Source: Moraxella macacae 0408225 (GTDB lineage: Bacteria; Pseudomonadota; Gammaproteobacteria; Pseudomonadales; Moraxellaceae). Taken from it: a DNA stretch of 32,000 bases. How positions within the stretch are numbered: position 1 is the stretch's first letter; each line of letters begins with the position of its first letter. Location: positions 1,181,540 to 1,213,539 of the forward strand of contig NZ_ANIN01000001.1 in assembly GCF_000320365.1 (NCBI RefSeq), read 5' to 3'. The translations under genes were made by a program, and so were the position numbers. A model generated the notes under the pieces. It was not told the DNA's origin and did no database searches. It was given only the letters and a program-made list of their open reading frames with translations. Positions 10,589-21,300 of the stretch are shown here, piece by piece.

Positions 10589-10708
10589 CAACATCAATTT
10601 GTTTTGCCAAACTTGGGGTTTAGTCAGAAAATTTTAGCCGATTTGTAAGATTTTAACAAACCTAAAGACTAAAGATAACCTTTTATTGGTTATGAATTGA
10701 GTAATTGT

Positions 10709-12826
10709 ATGACTTTTTTGCCAAAAAAACTTAAAAAATCTGTCTTAGTCGGTATCTTATTAGCGACCCATTTAACCACGCCAATTGCCCATTCTGATGG
10801 GCTTGGCGACTTGTTTGGCAATACCACAAAAACAAGCGATATTTTACCTGCCGATCAGGCCTTTCGGGTATTTCCTACTCAAAAAGGCAATGTTATCAGT
10901 GTGCGTGTTGAGGTGCAAGACGGCTACTATGCCTATCAAGACAAACTAAAACTTGACTTGCCAGCTGGTGTAAGTGCAACGCCTTTTAGCTTTAGCATTG
11001 AACCAAAATTTGTCGATGATCCGGATTTTGGGCGTGTTGCTGTGTTTGAAAAAACCTTTACCGCTACTTCGACCTTGACAAGCGATGTCAAAATTGACAA
11101 AGTCCAAGCGGCGGTAAAATGGCAAGGTTGTGCCAAAGCGGGCTTGTGCTATCCACCTGAAAAAACCAATTTTAGCATACAAAATTTATCCGCTAATGTA
11201 GAAAAAGCACAAAACAATCAACAAAAAAACCAACAAGACAGTCAACAAGACAGTCAACAAGCTGATGTAAAAAAATCATCAAAACAAGCGGTTGCTACAA
11301 GTACAGCAGCAGCAAGCACGGCTACAGCCACAAATTTGGCTGCTCAAACCGAAATGCCTGAAAAAACCAGTCAAATGAATGAAAATCAGGTTGCCAGTGT
11401 GGCTATGGTTGATAATGCGTCAGCTTTAGCCGAAACCGCGTCAAGCACAAGTGTGGCTTTAGCTTCACCAGATACGTCATCACAAAACGCATCTGCTCAA
11501 GCCACAACTCAAGCCACAACAAAGCAAAATTCTGTAAGTTTAGATGTCAGCAGCCAAGATCAAGATATTTTTGGATTGGCGGATCATACAGGACTTGCAT
11601 TGATGTTGTTATTTTTGGCGGGTTTAGGGCTTGCGTTTACGCCTTGTGTGTTGCCTATGTTGCCAATTGTTGCCAATATTGTGGCACGTCAGCATAATCC
11701 AACGGCCAAAAAAGGACTGCTGTTAACTGGCGGTTATGGGCTTGGCGTTGCGACCAGTTATGGCTTAATTGGAGCATTGATAGCGGTATTTGGACAGTCG
11801 CTTGGTGTGATAACTTGGCTACAAAACCCCAAAATTTTGTTAAGTTTTGCGTTATTGTTTGTGTTGCTTGGCTTATATATGTTGGATTTTTTGCCAATTC
11901 GTTTGCCTGCACGTTTAAGCATGAAATTGCAAGGTTTAACTCAAGTTGGTGAAAACCGTTTGGGTAGTGTAACAGGCAGTTTTGTTACAGGGTTTTTTTC
12001 AGCCTTGGTGGTATCACCTTGTGTGTCTGCACCGCTTGCAGGGGCATTGGCAGGCGTGGCGACTGTTGGTAATCCTGTGATTGGTTTTTTTGCCTTATTT
12101 ATGCTTGGACTTGGACTTTCTACGCCGTTGATTTTGCTTGGAGCAACTCAAGGCAACTTTATGCCAAAAGCAGGCGAGTGGATGAATTGGGTCAAAACTG
12201 GCTTTGCTTTGATGATGTTTGCTGTAGCCTTGTTGATGACAGAACGCGTGTTTATTAGCAGTCTTATGTTGGCATTGTGGGCGGTGTGGTTTGCAGTGGT
12301 GGCAATTTGGGCGTATCACTGGCAAGGACGTGGCCAGCTTTTAAGCAAAGCGATTGCACTGATTTTTGCACTTTGGACAACAGTTTTGGTACTTGGCGTG
12401 GCATTGGGTAGTACTGACAATTGGCAACCACTAAAACCGTTAACAAATCAACAAGTTAGCACACAAGCTGGTCAACAAGCAACCAAACAGAATGCGCCGA
12501 TAAAAATTCATAAATTATCCGAACTTGAACCATTGTTGGCACAATATCCAAATGTATTGGTAGATGTAACCGCTGATTGGTGTATTGAATGTCGGATTAT
12601 GGAGAAAACGTTGTTTGCCAATCCGCCTGCAACATTGGCAAATTGGCAGGTTGTCAAGCTAGATGTTACCGAAAATACGCCCGATAGCAAAGAAGTGTAT
12701 CAACAACTACAAGTATTTGGCCCGCCTGTGTTGTTGTACTTTCAAAATGGTAAATTGGCAGAGCGTCAAAATGGCGAAACCAAACGTGCTGATTTTGAAG
12801 CTGCATTAAACAAACTGTCTCAATAA
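10709..12826 (+). CDS. dsbD: Thiol:disulfide interchange protein DsbD
   Basis: ATG 10709 is preferred over the track's TTG 10697 and gives the signal peptide MTFLPKKLKKSVLVGILLATHLTTPIAHS. The N-terminal domain has the Cys pair WQGCAKAGLCYPP. The membrane core has TPCVLPMLP and SPCVSAPL. The C-terminal thioredoxin-like domain has the CXXC motif DWCIECR. Confidence 0.85.
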   Translation: MTFLPKKLKKSVLVGILLATHLTTPIAHSDGLGDLFGNTTKTSDILPADQAFRVFPTQKGNVISVRVEVQDGYYAYQDKLKLDLPAGVSATPFSFSIEPKFVDDPDFGRVAVFEKTFTATSTLTSDVKIDKVQAAVKWQGCAKAGLCYPPEKTNFSIQNLSANVEKAQNNQQKNQQDSQQDSQQADVKKSSKQAVATSTAAASTATATNLAAQTEMPEKTSQMNENQVASVAMVDNASALAETASSTSVALASPDTSSQNASAQATTQATTKQNSVSLDVSSQDQDIFGLADHTGLALMLLFLAGLGLAFTPCVLPMLPIVANIVARQHNPTAKKGLLLTGGYGLGVATSYGLIGALIAVFGQSLGVITWLQNPKILLSFALLFVLLGLYMLDFLPIRLPARLSMKLQGLTQVGENRLGSVTGSFVTGFFSALVVSPCVSAPLAGALAGVATVGNPVIGFFALFMLGLGLSTPLILLGATQGNFMPKAGEWMNWVKTGFALMMFAVALLMTERVFISSLMLALWAVWFAVVAIWAYHWQGRGQLLSKAIALIFALWTTVLVLGVALGSTDNWQPLKPLTNQQVSTQAGQQATKQNAPIKIHKLSELEPLLAQYPNVLVDVTADWCIECRIMEKTLFANPPATLANWQVVKLDVTENTPDSKEVYQQLQVFGPPVLLYFQNGKLAERQNGETKRADFEAALNKLSQ

Positions 12827-12844
12827 CAAACCACTCCAACAAGG

Positions 12845-12882
12845 TTATTCACCGTTAAGGCTACTAACTTAACGGTGAATAA
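12845..12882 (+). terminator. Hairpin after dsbD
   Basis: Perfect 15-bp stem TTATTCACCGTTAAG / CTTAACGGTGAATAA with an 8-nt loop. There is no clear T-run, so terminator function is uncertain. Confidence 0.45.
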
Positions 12883-12965
12883 CACTTTAAAAAACAATTG
12901 AGTTTTTGCGATGATTGTGTCAAAATATTGCGTTATTTTTCGCTGCTTTAAATCAGGGCATTATC

Positions 12966-14351
12966 ATGAGCATGGCAAATTTGGTTTTTGTTCGTACTTC
13001 ATTGTTAACATTGTCAAGTTTATCGTTAATGATGTTAAGTATTTCTGCACAATCTACAACGTCTGAACAATCTACAACGCAAACATCTCAAACAACCAAC
13101 CAAACCGATGAAGCTACTATCCAAACCCAAGCGGATAAATTTTTTCAATGCTCGCAAATTGGTGATAGTGTGTTGCGTTTGGCCTGTTATGATAAAATTG
13201 CAGCTGGTGATGCCACTCTTGTGCAAAAAATACCGCTTGATTTAAGTAAAACGGTTAGTAACAGTATCCACGCAGGCAAAGTAGCCCCAGTGCTTGTCAA
13301 TGGCAAACAAGTCGATCTAAACCGAGCAACCGTACTTAAATCTATTACAAATCAATCTCTTACAAATGTCTCCAATAACAACCAAAATCCGCCAAACCAA
13401 ACCAACGCCGAAATTGACCCAATTGCCACAACCGAAAGCGTGCAAAAAGCCAACGCCCATTTAGATACCATGCCGGATAAAGACCGCGAAATTTTACAAG
13501 CGGTTGGCGTGAATCAAGACGATGTGGTAAGTTATACGCCATTAAGCCAGATGTTTGATTTGGATCGCAATGATCCTGCAGGGTTGTTTACTTTACGGCC
13601 GTATTATCAGACGTATTTTTTACCGATTTTTGCCCACAAAAATCCAAACGAAACCCCACATTCACCGACACAAGTTATCCCTGACAATTACCCTGATTTG
13701 CAGCACATTGAAAGCAAAATGCAATTGTCCTTAAAAACCAAAATGCTACAAGATGTATTTCACACCAATGCTGATGTTTGGTTTGGTTATACGCAGCAGT
13801 CTTATTGGCAAGTGTATAATGACAATGTATCACGCCCATTTCGTGTGTCCGATTATCAACCAGAGATTTTTATCACGCAGCCTGTTAAGGCGGATTTGCC
13901 CTTTGATGGTGATTTGCGTATGATCGGAGCGGGGCTTGTACATCAATCCAATGGACAATCCGATCCATTGTCGCGTTCATGGAATAGGGCGTATCTGATG
14001 GGTGGTATGGAATGGGGCAAACTTACGGTGGTACCCAGAGCATGGCTGATTTTTCCAAGTTTAAAACCAAAGCCCAGAAGAAACAATGAAGATATTGGTG
14101 ATTATATGGGTTATGGTGATATTCGTTGGCAATATCCGCTGTCTAATAAAGACACAATTGGTGGCCTTGTGCGTTTTAATCCGCTAACAGGCAAAGGTGC
14201 AGCCCAGGTTGAGTACGCTCGCCCCATTCGTGGTAGTATGAAAGCCTATGTGCAACTGTTTCACGGCTATGGTGAAAACATTCAAGACTACAATCACGAA
14301 AGCACCAATATCGGTGTTGGACTGATGTTTAACGATTTTTCAGGATTGTAA
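12966..14351 (+). CDS. pldA: Outer membrane phospholipase A
   Basis: The OMPLA catalytic block GLVHQSNGQSDPLSRSWNR (H-x-S-N-G) is present, the C-terminal half is beta-strand rich, and the protein ends in an aromatic-rich tail. ATG 12966 is preferred over TTG 12915 and gives the signal peptide MSMANLVFVRTSLLTLSSLSLMMLSISAQS. Confidence 0.8.
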   Translation: MSMANLVFVRTSLLTLSSLSLMMLSISAQSTTSEQSTTQTSQTTNQTDEATIQTQADKFFQCSQIGDSVLRLACYDKIAAGDATLVQKIPLDLSKTVSNSIHAGKVAPVLVNGKQVDLNRATVLKSITNQSLTNVSNNNQNPPNQTNAEIDPIATTESVQKANAHLDTMPDKDREILQAVGVNQDDVVSYTPLSQMFDLDRNDPAGLFTLRPYYQTYFLPIFAHKNPNETPHSPTQVIPDNYPDLQHIESKMQLSLKTKMLQDVFHTNADVWFGYTQQSYWQVYNDNVSRPFRVSDYQPEIFITQPVKADLPFDGDLRMIGAGLVHQSNGQSDPLSRSWNRAYLMGGMEWGKLTVVPRAWLIFPSLKPKPRRNNEDIGDYMGYGDIRWQYPLSNKDTIGGLVRFNPLTGKGAAQVEYARPIRGSMKAYVQLFHGYGENIQDYNHESTNIGVGLMFNDFSGL

Positions 14352-14352
14352 T

Positions 14353-15168
14353 GTGTTAATGCCAAAAGCGTGGTGGCAGTTGCCTTTTGCAGGGGCGTTG
14401 GTGTTGCATGCCAAATTTTTTAATCAATGCCAACTTTGCCAGTTAAATCATTGCCAACCTTTGTCGATTGATAATGTCAAACATCGCAACAATTCACATT
14501 GGTTTAACCGTTTGCAATTTTTATGCGTTGATTGTCATCAGCGTATCTTATGGCAACAGTCTGTTTTTTCTATAAATACTGATTTTGCCAGTGGTGCTGC
14601 TCACCCTGTTATTCAAGGCATTGCCAGCAGTTTTTATGATTATCCGCTTAATCATGCGATGACTGAATTTAAAAACCATCACGAACTGCGTAAGCTTATG
14701 GTGCTTGTGCATGCCATTCGCCAATTGGATTTGCCACACGGTTGTCATGCACAAAACAGTGCAATTGTCATTGTGCCAACCACCAAACAGCGTTTAATCG
14801 AGCGTGGTTTTAATCCTTTATTTATGCTAACTTTATATTTAAGTTTTCATTGGCAAATTCCGATTTTTACCCAAATCAAACGCGAAGAACGCCACCATCA
14901 ACAAGGGCTTAGCCGTACACAGCGCCTTGATAATGTCAAAAATGCGTTTTATGTTACAACAATGCCACAAGTAAAAAATCCACGGATAAAAAATCTGATT
15001 TTGTTTGATGATGTAGTAACCACAGGAGCAACGTTACAAGCGGTACTTGAAAGTTTATTTAACCAAATTAAACCAAGTGCAAATGCCAGCCCTTATCCGT
15101 ATCAGATCCACGCTCGAGCGATTTTGCATGGACGCCTTGGCTTTGATAAAAAAATGATGATTTTGTAG
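14353..15168 (+). CDS. comF: ComF family protein (phosphoribosyltransferase-like competence protein)
   Basis: It has the N-terminal Cys pairs CQLCQ and CVDCHQ and the C-terminal PRTase motif LILFDDVVTTGATL. The start may be ATG 14359 rather than GTG 14353. Confidence 0.75.
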   Translation: MLMPKAWWQLPFAGALVLHAKFFNQCQLCQLNHCQPLSIDNVKHRNNSHWFNRLQFLCVDCHQRILWQQSVFSINTDFASGAAHPVIQGIASSFYDYPLNHAMTEFKNHHELRKLMVLVHAIRQLDLPHGCHAQNSAIVIVPTTKQRLIERGFNPLFMLTLYLSFHWQIPIFTQIKREERHHQQGLSRTQRLDNVKNAFYVTTMPQVKNPRIKNLILFDDVVTTGATLQAVLESLFNQIKPSANASPYPYQIHARAILHGRLGFDKKMMIL

Positions 15169-15401
15169 AATGATTAATTTTGTCTAAAAACACTTTACCC
15201 CCCGAAACCTTTTATCACATAATCATTAACAATTAAACTTATTTTTGTTATAATTATGATATATTTTTACAATTTGTCAAAACCTAAGATTTTTGCTAGT
15301 CTTACAATGTATTGTGATACGGTATATTTTTTGCAGTGCTTTTTGCAATATGCTTTTTGCAATATATTGTATTATTATTTTTATTAATTTAAGAGAAGCT
15401 T

Positions 15402-15878
15402 ATGAGACATTCTGTCAATCAGTCGGGTTTTACGCTGATAGAGCTGATGGTAACCATTGCGATTATAGCTATTATCGCAGGTATGGCATATCCGAGCATG
15501 CAGCGTCAAATTGCCACCATGCGCCTACAAAACGCCGTTAACACAGCCGAGATGATGTTAAAACAAGCACGCGTAGAAGCAATGACGACACGCCAAAACA
15601 TTACCGTTGCTATGACACCATCAACAAGCAATGCCCCTGCTGTGCTTAAAGTTAGCAAACAACAAGATTTTACATTTGACAGTGGCGTAACGGTTACCCA
15701 ACAAAATACAGGCAACATCACCATTACAGGGCAAAAAACCGCCCAAGGTTCATCGAAGTCAAGCCCCTTGCCTAAGTATGATTTTTGTTACAAAGATTTG
15801 GCATCTGATAAATACACCGTGAGTATTGATGCCTTGACAAACGTTAGGGTAACCGCCACGAAAGGGGGCTGTTCGTGA
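15402..15878 (+). CDS. fimU: Type IV pilus minor pilin, GspH/FimT/FimU family
   Basis: Prepilin site [24 protein letters not shown] followed by the GspH-like region QRQIATMRLQNAVNTAEMMLKQARVEA. It is the first gene of the minor-pilin operon. Confidence 0.75.
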   Translation: MRHSVNQSGFTLIELMVTIAIIAIIAGMAYPSMQRQIATMRLQNAVNTAEMMLKQARVEAMTTRQNITVAMTPSTSNAPAVLKVSKQQDFTFDSGVTVTQQNTGNITITGQKTAQGSSKSSPLPKYDFCYKDLASDKYTVSIDALTNVRVTATKGGCS

Positions 15879-16438
15879 TACAAGTGCGATTAAACCAAGC
15901 ACAACAAGGCGCAGGGTTGGTTGAGATATTGGTTGCTTTATTGTTATTGGCAATTGCAGTTTTGGGTTTTGGTGCGATGCAAATCACCGCGGTAAAAGCC
16001 ACGGACGAAAGCGTGATTCGAAGCCGTGCGTTAACCGTCATGCGTGGCGGTGCTGAAATGATGCGTGCCAATCCTGAAGGTATTGCTGAATTTGAAAAAG
16101 CCCTAAAAAACGGCAATTATCCCGGTATCACCAAAGACAGCTGTACCGATATCAATAAACCTTGCACCATCAATCAACTGGCAGCAAGAGACGCATTGGC
16201 GTTAAAAGAATTTGCTGATAGCAACGATGTACGCATCGAAATGGGCGATTGTGTTGGCACAAAAACCACAGGGCTACCCATCAAATGCTTAACTGCCAGT
16301 TGGGGAGATACCGCCCCCATCTATGACAATTCGGCGGACAAAACCACCTACAAAGGGATAAAAGATTTAACCCCTTGTGCCAAAGCAAACGGTGAATATC
16401 ACCCCGGTGCTCGGTGCTTTATTATGGAGGCATATTAA
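15875..16438 (+). CDS. pilV: Type IV pilus minor pilin PilV
   Basis: The GTG start overlaps the fimU stop (GTGA). The N-terminus QQGAGLVEILVALLLLAIAVLGFGAMQ is the PilV-type hydrophobic segment with Glu at +5. Operon position also supports the call. Confidence 0.7.
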   Translation: MIQVRLNQAQQGAGLVEILVALLLLAIAVLGFGAMQITAVKATDESVIRSRALTVMRGGAEMMRANPEGIAEFEKALKNGNYPGITKDSCTDINKPCTINQLAARDALALKEFADSNDVRIEMGDCVGTKTTGLPIKCLTASWGDTAPIYDNSADKTTYKGIKDLTPCAKANGEYHPGARCFIMEAY

Positions 16439-17397
16439 TGAAAGCGGTACAAACAAAAGCCACCCATCACGTCCAAACTGGTTTTACATTAATTGAACTG
16501 ATGATCTCACTGGTATTGGGTTTATTGATTGTGGCGGCGATCACGCAGATTTACATCACCATGGTTCGTACCGATTTGGTGCAACGCGGTGCAGGCGAGA
16601 TCGGTGATGTGAGTATTTTTGGCATTCAAAACGTCGAACAAAAACTACGCATGGCAAATCTTGGCAATCCTGAAAACAACATTCATCAGGAAACTGATAA
16701 AGGTGGCGTGGTACTTTCACAAAAAAACATCGGCGGAGCACAAAATAGCGTTGATAAAAAATATTTTACTCACAATCCAACTTCTAAATCAGATGATGAC
16801 GGTGTATCTGGCACGGACAAACCCAGTGATACTCTTACCATTCAATACATCAATGTAACCGGTGCACCGATGATCGATTGTGAAAGCAATGTGGTTGATG
16901 TAAATGATCACGTTATTGAGCGTTATTTTTTACGTAAAAGTCAGGTAAATGGTGCAACAGGCCTTGCTTTGGCGTGCGATGCAGGGCGTGTAGATTATCG
17001 AGGTATTGTTACGGGTACAAAAGCCACTGGTACAAAAGTATTTGGCGATAGTGGTAGCGAAATGGTACTCAATGTTGAGCAGTTTAAAGTACTGCTTGGC
17101 GTGCAAAAAAAAGACACAGGGCAAATGGTATACATTTCACCGAGTGCATATACCGCAGTAACCAACAAAAATTTTGAAAAAGCCCCCATTGTTGCGATTC
17201 GTTTTGGTATGATAGTGCGTAGTGATAAACCGATTATTGGTACAGACATTCCCAATACCGCGATCAAGGTTTTAGGTGAGGACAATACCCCCACAGATTC
17301 AGCAAGTTACATTCGCAAAGTTTATGAATCGACCTCCATGCTTCGCAATGCTCGCGTGATTAAAATCACCGTAGACAACGCCTCCGAAACGTTTTAA
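16438..17397 (+). CDS. pilW: Type IV pilus assembly protein PilW
   Basis: ATG 16438 overlaps the pilV stop (TAATG) and is preferred over the track start at 16414. The N-terminus is [25 protein letters not shown]. Operon position also supports the call. Confidence 0.75.
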   Translation: MKAVQTKATHHVQTGFTLIELMISLVLGLLIVAAITQIYITMVRTDLVQRGAGEIGDVSIFGIQNVEQKLRMANLGNPENNIHQETDKGGVVLSQKNIGGAQNSVDKKYFTHNPTSKSDDDGVSGTDKPSDTLTIQYINVTGAPMIDCESNVVDVNDHVIERYFLRKSQVNGATGLALACDAGRVDYRGIVTGTKATGTKVFGDSGSEMVLNVEQFKVLLGVQKKDTGQMVYISPSAYTAVTNKNFEKAPIVAIRFGMIVRSDKPIIGTDIPNTAIKVLGEDNTPTDSASYIRKVYESTSMLRNARVIKITVDNASETF

Positions 17398-17420
17398 GCG
17401 GTAAAGATTAAGAAAGCAGT

Positions 17421-17475
17421 AAAAAAAGTTAAGAGTTAAAAAAAGAGTTAAGAGTTAAAAAAAGAGTTAAGAGTT
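17421..17475. repeat. Tandem repeat AAAAAAAGAGTTAAGAGTT, two perfect 19-bp copies plus a 17-bp variant
   Basis: Read directly: a 17-bp variant at 17421..17437 and perfect copies at 17438..17456 and 17457..17475. The repeat ends at the AAGGA Shine-Dalgarno of pilX. Confidence 0.9.
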
Positions 17476-17485
17476 AAGGAATCGC

Positions 17486-18301
17486 ATGACACACCCACCA
17501 ACCCACCCGCCGAGAATCCACCGCCCAACACAGCAAGGGGCGGCCTTGATTGTTGTGCTGCTGATGCTGGTTTTGATTATGATAGTTGGTGTAGCGGCAG
17601 TACGGCGCAGCAACACCAATTTAAAACTTGCCACAAGCGATCAGATGAACACCTTATTGCTCCAAGGGGCGGACGGGGCAAATTTAAAATTAGAACAAAT
17701 GGTTAACGGCAGTCCAGATTCTCAAGCCTACTTGGATATCACCGCCAATAACGGCATTTTAGGGCATTTTTTTGATGATGAAGCCCAAAAAGATGAACTG
17801 ATCTATTGTTACAATCCCAGACATTTACAAAGCCTAACCAATAACGCACGCATTATCCGTGGCAGTGGCAATTTGGTAGGTTTTGAAAAAGGCTACTGTA
17901 ACCCTAACTTAAAAGACAACTACATCAGCGAGCGCAGCACCGTACTCACTCAAGTCAGTATCACCCCAAGCCCTATAGATGATTCTGGTGAAGCCTATGG
18001 CCGCGTTGCGATTGGCCGTGATATCAATGCAGGATCAGCCGAGCAGGGCAGCCAAAAAAGCCGCTATGACTTTGATGTGCGATCCACCGCCGGCATTCCG
18101 GCTTATAATGATGTTGCCAAATGTTTTGAAAACAGCAGTGTTAACAATACCACATTACAAGCCTGTTTAACCAAACAGGGCGTACCACAAAAACAGCTGT
18201 TTTCTCAAGTACAACTGGAGCATGTATCGGGTAAAATCCGTTGCATTCCCTTTGGTGTGGGTACTGGGAAGTATCTGCATACAAAATGCACCCCAGCTTA
18301 A
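17486..18301 (+). CDS. pilX: Type IV pilus minor pilin PilX
   Basis: 271 aa. It has a PilX_N-like segment, QQGAALIVVLLMLVLIMIVGVAAVRRSNTNLKLA, and sits between pilW and pilY1. Confidence 0.7.
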   Translation: MTHPPTHPPRIHRPTQQGAALIVVLLMLVLIMIVGVAAVRRSNTNLKLATSDQMNTLLLQGADGANLKLEQMVNGSPDSQAYLDITANNGILGHFFDDEAQKDELIYCYNPRHLQSLTNNARIIRGSGNLVGFEKGYCNPNLKDNYISERSTVLTQVSITPSPIDDSGEAYGRVAIGRDINAGSAEQGSQKSRYDFDVRSTAGIPAYNDVAKCFENSSVNNTTLQACLTKQGVPQKQLFSQVQLEHVSGKIRCIPFGVGTGKYLHTKCTPA

Positions 18302-18371
18302 TTAATTAAAATGCAAAAACGCAAAGTAAAATTGTAAAAAGTTTTAGATGTTTAGATGTAAGGAATTCACC

Positions 18372-21300
18372 ATGAAATTATCACACAATCACGCCCTAGC
18401 CGCTCCAACGCTAAAGTTTTTAACTCTGGCGGTATCTGCGCTGATGGTAACTGCGGTACAGGCGGACACAGGCGGTGATGCAGGCAGCAGCGGTATCCGC
18501 CATGTGGGTGATCTTGAGATTTACCAATCTGCTCAAGGTGCGTCGCCACGTCTGATGATGATGATCGATACTTCAGGGTCTATGGGGATTAGCTCGCTTG
18601 TGATTCCAAAAAATAACCAATACGGAAGCCCCGGCGATGTAGACTCGCCACTGTGTGAAAAGGGTTATAATAACGAAGTGGCGGATGTTACATATTGGAG
18701 GTTTAATTACCATATTTCGCTCGGTATGAGTAAGGCTCATGAGACAACAAGGAATGGCATTCCACAATGGAAATACGATGCTCCGCCTAAAGCTGAAAGC
18801 GTAACTATTAATGGTAAAACTCACAATTGGCATATGCGTGGTTGTTATAATCGAAATGGTACTACAAAAACAAGTCAAATTACTTACGATCGGTTATCAC
18901 GGCTTAAAAAAGCCATGATCGACTTATTGGCAAGTGATAAGATCAAAGACGATGTGGTGATGGGTTTGGGGCATTATTCCTCTTATACTCCTTATAAAGT
19001 GGCAGACACGCAAAACCGCTTGGTCGACAGCCATTCAGGTACGATCTTGGTTGAGGCCGCTCCGTTAACCCCGGCACACCGCGAAAAATTGATTAAAGCC
19101 TTGATTGACTTTAAAGCCGTCGATGCCTTTACCGATGAAGACGGCAAATCCAATACCGACCGAGCCATTACCAGTCTTAAACAGCCAGAACACTACAGAG
19201 TCGCCGGCGGTACTCCCACTGCCCACGCGTATGCTGAAGTGGGGGCGGCCATGCTTGGACAAAATACCGGCAGTGTATTTAATTATTTAGCCAAAGATAA
19301 AACCGTGGATTTGGTCTATGATGGTTATTCAGTACTGATAGGGCGAAAAGAAGACTATTTTACCAAAGAGAATACAGAGCCTTTATATTATCTGTGCAAC
19401 CAACTTGGCTCAAAACTTCCTACCACTAAGGCCTTAGGAAGCTCATATAATAACGTTGTACAATGTATCAACAACTGGGGTCATTATGATGTTACTTATG
19501 ATTACAATGTCAGCGTATATTATGGCGGCGGTAAAGTCAACAATGATGATGCCAAAAAAGCCAAAAGTACACAGTTTGGTAATTTACTGGGCGGCTGGCG
19601 GCGCGTCCCTCATGAACCCTTAGACACTGAAACCGTTACCGCCAAGGTGTGGAATAGCCCTTACGGTGATAATCTGGTAACCTACCGCACCAGTCCATTT
19701 GCCATTAAACAAAAAGCCATTCCCAAAAAAGGCTGTCCTGCTGGGCAAGATGCCACTACTGATGGCACACAATGTAAGCGTTATACTCAACTGCGAGGTC
19801 ATTTTGTAACAGGTGCATGTGCTGCTGAGACATACAAAGATGGTGCGCGTTATACCTACTTAAGAAAAGATGACGGATGGAATACAATTTGTCATTATAT
19901 GAATACCTATACCATGCCCACTATTAACGACTACGTCCCTGACGAAGATGGCTATAACATGGGCGGTTTTGACTATTCAGTGGCCGCCTCTAAAAACGGT
20001 AATAACTATAAAAAAGTCGCCGCCGACACCCAGTGCAGCGGTAACGGTATCTTCTTTTTAACCGATGGAGCGCCTAACTCCACACGCCCTGCCATTGCCG
20101 CCAATATTATGAATTTATCCTTAGGCGGAGCAAATACTACGTACGGTAACTTTACCAGTACGCCTCCGACAGGCGGATTGACATCACCAAAACTCAACAC
20201 ATCACTGTTTGAAGGTGAAACCGGCGGTTGGGAATATATCGGTGAATACGCAAAACGCCTAAAAGACCCCACCAAAAACCCCGCAGGCGTCAGTATCAAA
20301 ACCGCCGTGGCAGGGTTTGGTTCATCATTTGCAGGGCTTACCAAAAAATCCGACGGCAGTTATGACTGTAATACTCAAGGGGCAACCGAAGACGCCAAAA
20401 ACGCCTGTAAATGGGGACAAAAAGGCGAGGGTTACGGCGAGGGCGGATTTTTCTATACCCAGTCATCTGATGACATCTCAAACAGTATCCAAAACTTTAT
20501 TAACGAGCTAAATAACACCATTCCGGCATCGCCATCAGGCACGGTTACCATTCCAAAAGATCCTTACCGCGCCATTGGTGAATTGCCTTATGCTCTGATG
20601 CCAAGTTTAGAATCACAGCTTAGCAATGACACGCGCCTGGCAAACATCTGGCCGGGCAACATCAAAAAATACAGCCTAAACGACGGTACATTAATGGGTA
20701 GGGATAGAACTTCACTGTTTGTCAATGTAGCAGGGGATCTGAACGCCAAGGCCAAAGACTTTTGGCAACTAGAAAACCACGCCCTAACGGATTCCAGTGG
20801 GGTAAAAACCGAGGCGAACAGTTCGGTATTTGCAGGCGGTATCTATGAGGGCTTAACCACCCCGCGTAGCAACAAATATCAAAAAAGCCGTGTAATTTGG
20901 GTAGAAGATTTAGAATCAAAAGACTCAACCAAAACTGTGCTAAGAGATTTATACGTAGAGGGTGCAATAGGCATACCACATGGTTTTGACAAATTGGTTG
21001 ATAAAACCACTTATAGCCGTGAAAACCAAATCAAATTGCTTCAGTTTTTAGGCTATAGCAAAGCACAAGTACCAGGTGAGGGGCAACAATTATTAGAAAA
21101 TCTACTAACTGATCCAAGGCTTAAAACCAAAGAAGTAAAAGATCTTACCTTAATCCACCCAAACAAAGAAATCAAAGTCCTAGGGGCGACGATTCACTCA
21201 AAACCCGTGGTTGTGTCTTACGGTGCCAAACTTAAAGACGGTCGCGTACAAAACAATGAGCGTGATGATTATGCCTTGTTTGGTTCGATGGACGGCGTGT

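Noticed and set aside
15293-15541. An 82-aa ORF overlapping the fimU start region.
   Set aside because: It starts in an AT-rich promoter region and overlaps fimU out of frame. It has no RBS and no family resemblance.
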